A stretch of DNA of 30,362 bases from Macrostomum lignano (Eukaryota). Location: assembly GCA_002269645.1 (NCBI GenBank), contig NIVC01003523.1, forward strand, positions 1-30,362, in the 5' to 3' direction. The notes below the pieces were generated by a model that had not been told where the DNA came from, ran no database searches, and saw only the letters and a list, made by a program, of their open reading frames with translations. This document shows, one piece after another, positions 29,451-30,362 of this stretch. The position numbers and the translations under genes are program-made. The number at the start of each line of letters is the position of its first letter. The stretch's first letter is position 1.

Positions 29451-30362
29451 TTCTTTAGAACACACGAAGGCATTAGTCAGAAAGTTTGGATGCAATTAAA
29501 AACTCTCTCGATACTTTGCGTATAAACGAGTAATCGATTGAATCAATTGTACACTTGACACATTTAATTACGTGCTGCCATGCAACGGAAAGACAGGATA
29601 ATGGGGTGGGTGGTCACGCAGCCTCATTCTCTCTTTCCTACTGATTTTTCATTATCTATCAATCTCAGCTCTTTCCGGGGCAACTCGCGCATTTGTGCAT
29701 AGTTCCTCATCAGATTTACCACATGTTCATTTACATGTGATGTACATATGCAAGCGGCAGCCGATTTAAACCTGAGAAATGGTTGAAGCACTCCCCCGAC
29801 TATGACTAAATGCACGTACGTTCAGTCAAATACAGGAAAATTTGACACCCGTAGTATGAAGATTAAATCTTCACGAAAGCTTCACATGTTTATCTTTCTC
29901 TGTGGAAATGACGATAGTTTCTCAATAAAAATCTGTCATAGGCCCAATATAGCAGTTTAAATATTTTCACGAAAATGTCGCATTATTCAAAGAACTGATT
30001 TTTGCAAACTCTACTGTCAGTAGGAAGATGAGTTTTCATAGAGACATTTTGTAAAACATAGACTAAACTTTCAAATCATTCGTTTACACGACCAACTGTC
30101 TATATTAATGGTGGGGTTATTATTACTTTACAGAAAAACGCATGTCCTGTGTTACGACACTGCCTAGCAACCGTATAATTTTTGCAGGTCAAGGAGCATT
30201 AATACATGAACTAACACTCCTATTTTACATTCATTGAGAGGCGGCGGCGCGGGCGGAGGCGGCAGTAGAGACAGGGATATTTGTCGTCGTTTCGCTCGAG
30301 TAGTTTTTTTCAGCAAAAACAGCAGCAGCAGCATCAGCATCAGCTTCTCCGCTGGAGAACTT

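Noticed and set aside
25940-29815. Short ORFs in the AT-rich distal region
   Set aside because: No codon bias or recognisable motifs, and they lie in repeats.

Overview
Eukaryotic (animal) genomic DNA: GC3-rich exons, GT-AG introns, many 20-51 bp minisatellite arrays and decayed transposons. This style fits the flatworm Macrostomum lignano, but the organism is my inference, not shown by the sequence. Host genes: the last two coding exons of an ANKRD13C-like gene (+), an intronless REV7/MAD2L2 HORMA gene (+), and two tandem paralogous 3-exon genes for secreted PAN/apple + LamG/ConA-like proteins (-). 16.2-25.5 kb is a transposon cluster: a LINE ORF1 relic, a full-length but decayed Ngaro-type tyrosine-recombinase retrotransposon with split direct repeats and a SAP-domain gag, a tRNA-derived SINE, a THAP/P-element relic, an AP-1/E-box/TATA promoter-like block, and a Gypsy pol relic interrupted by an RTE 3' end with an 11-bp TSD. 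25.5-30.2 kb is AT-rich with 250-bp and ~660-bp repeats. The best novelty candidate is a 47-codon, strongly codon-biased in-frame extension after the ancestral ANKRD13C stop (TGA-CGG), suggesting programmed stop-codon readthrough. All long ORF-track proteins inside repeats are artefacts. Family assignments come from motifs recognised by eye; no database searches were run.
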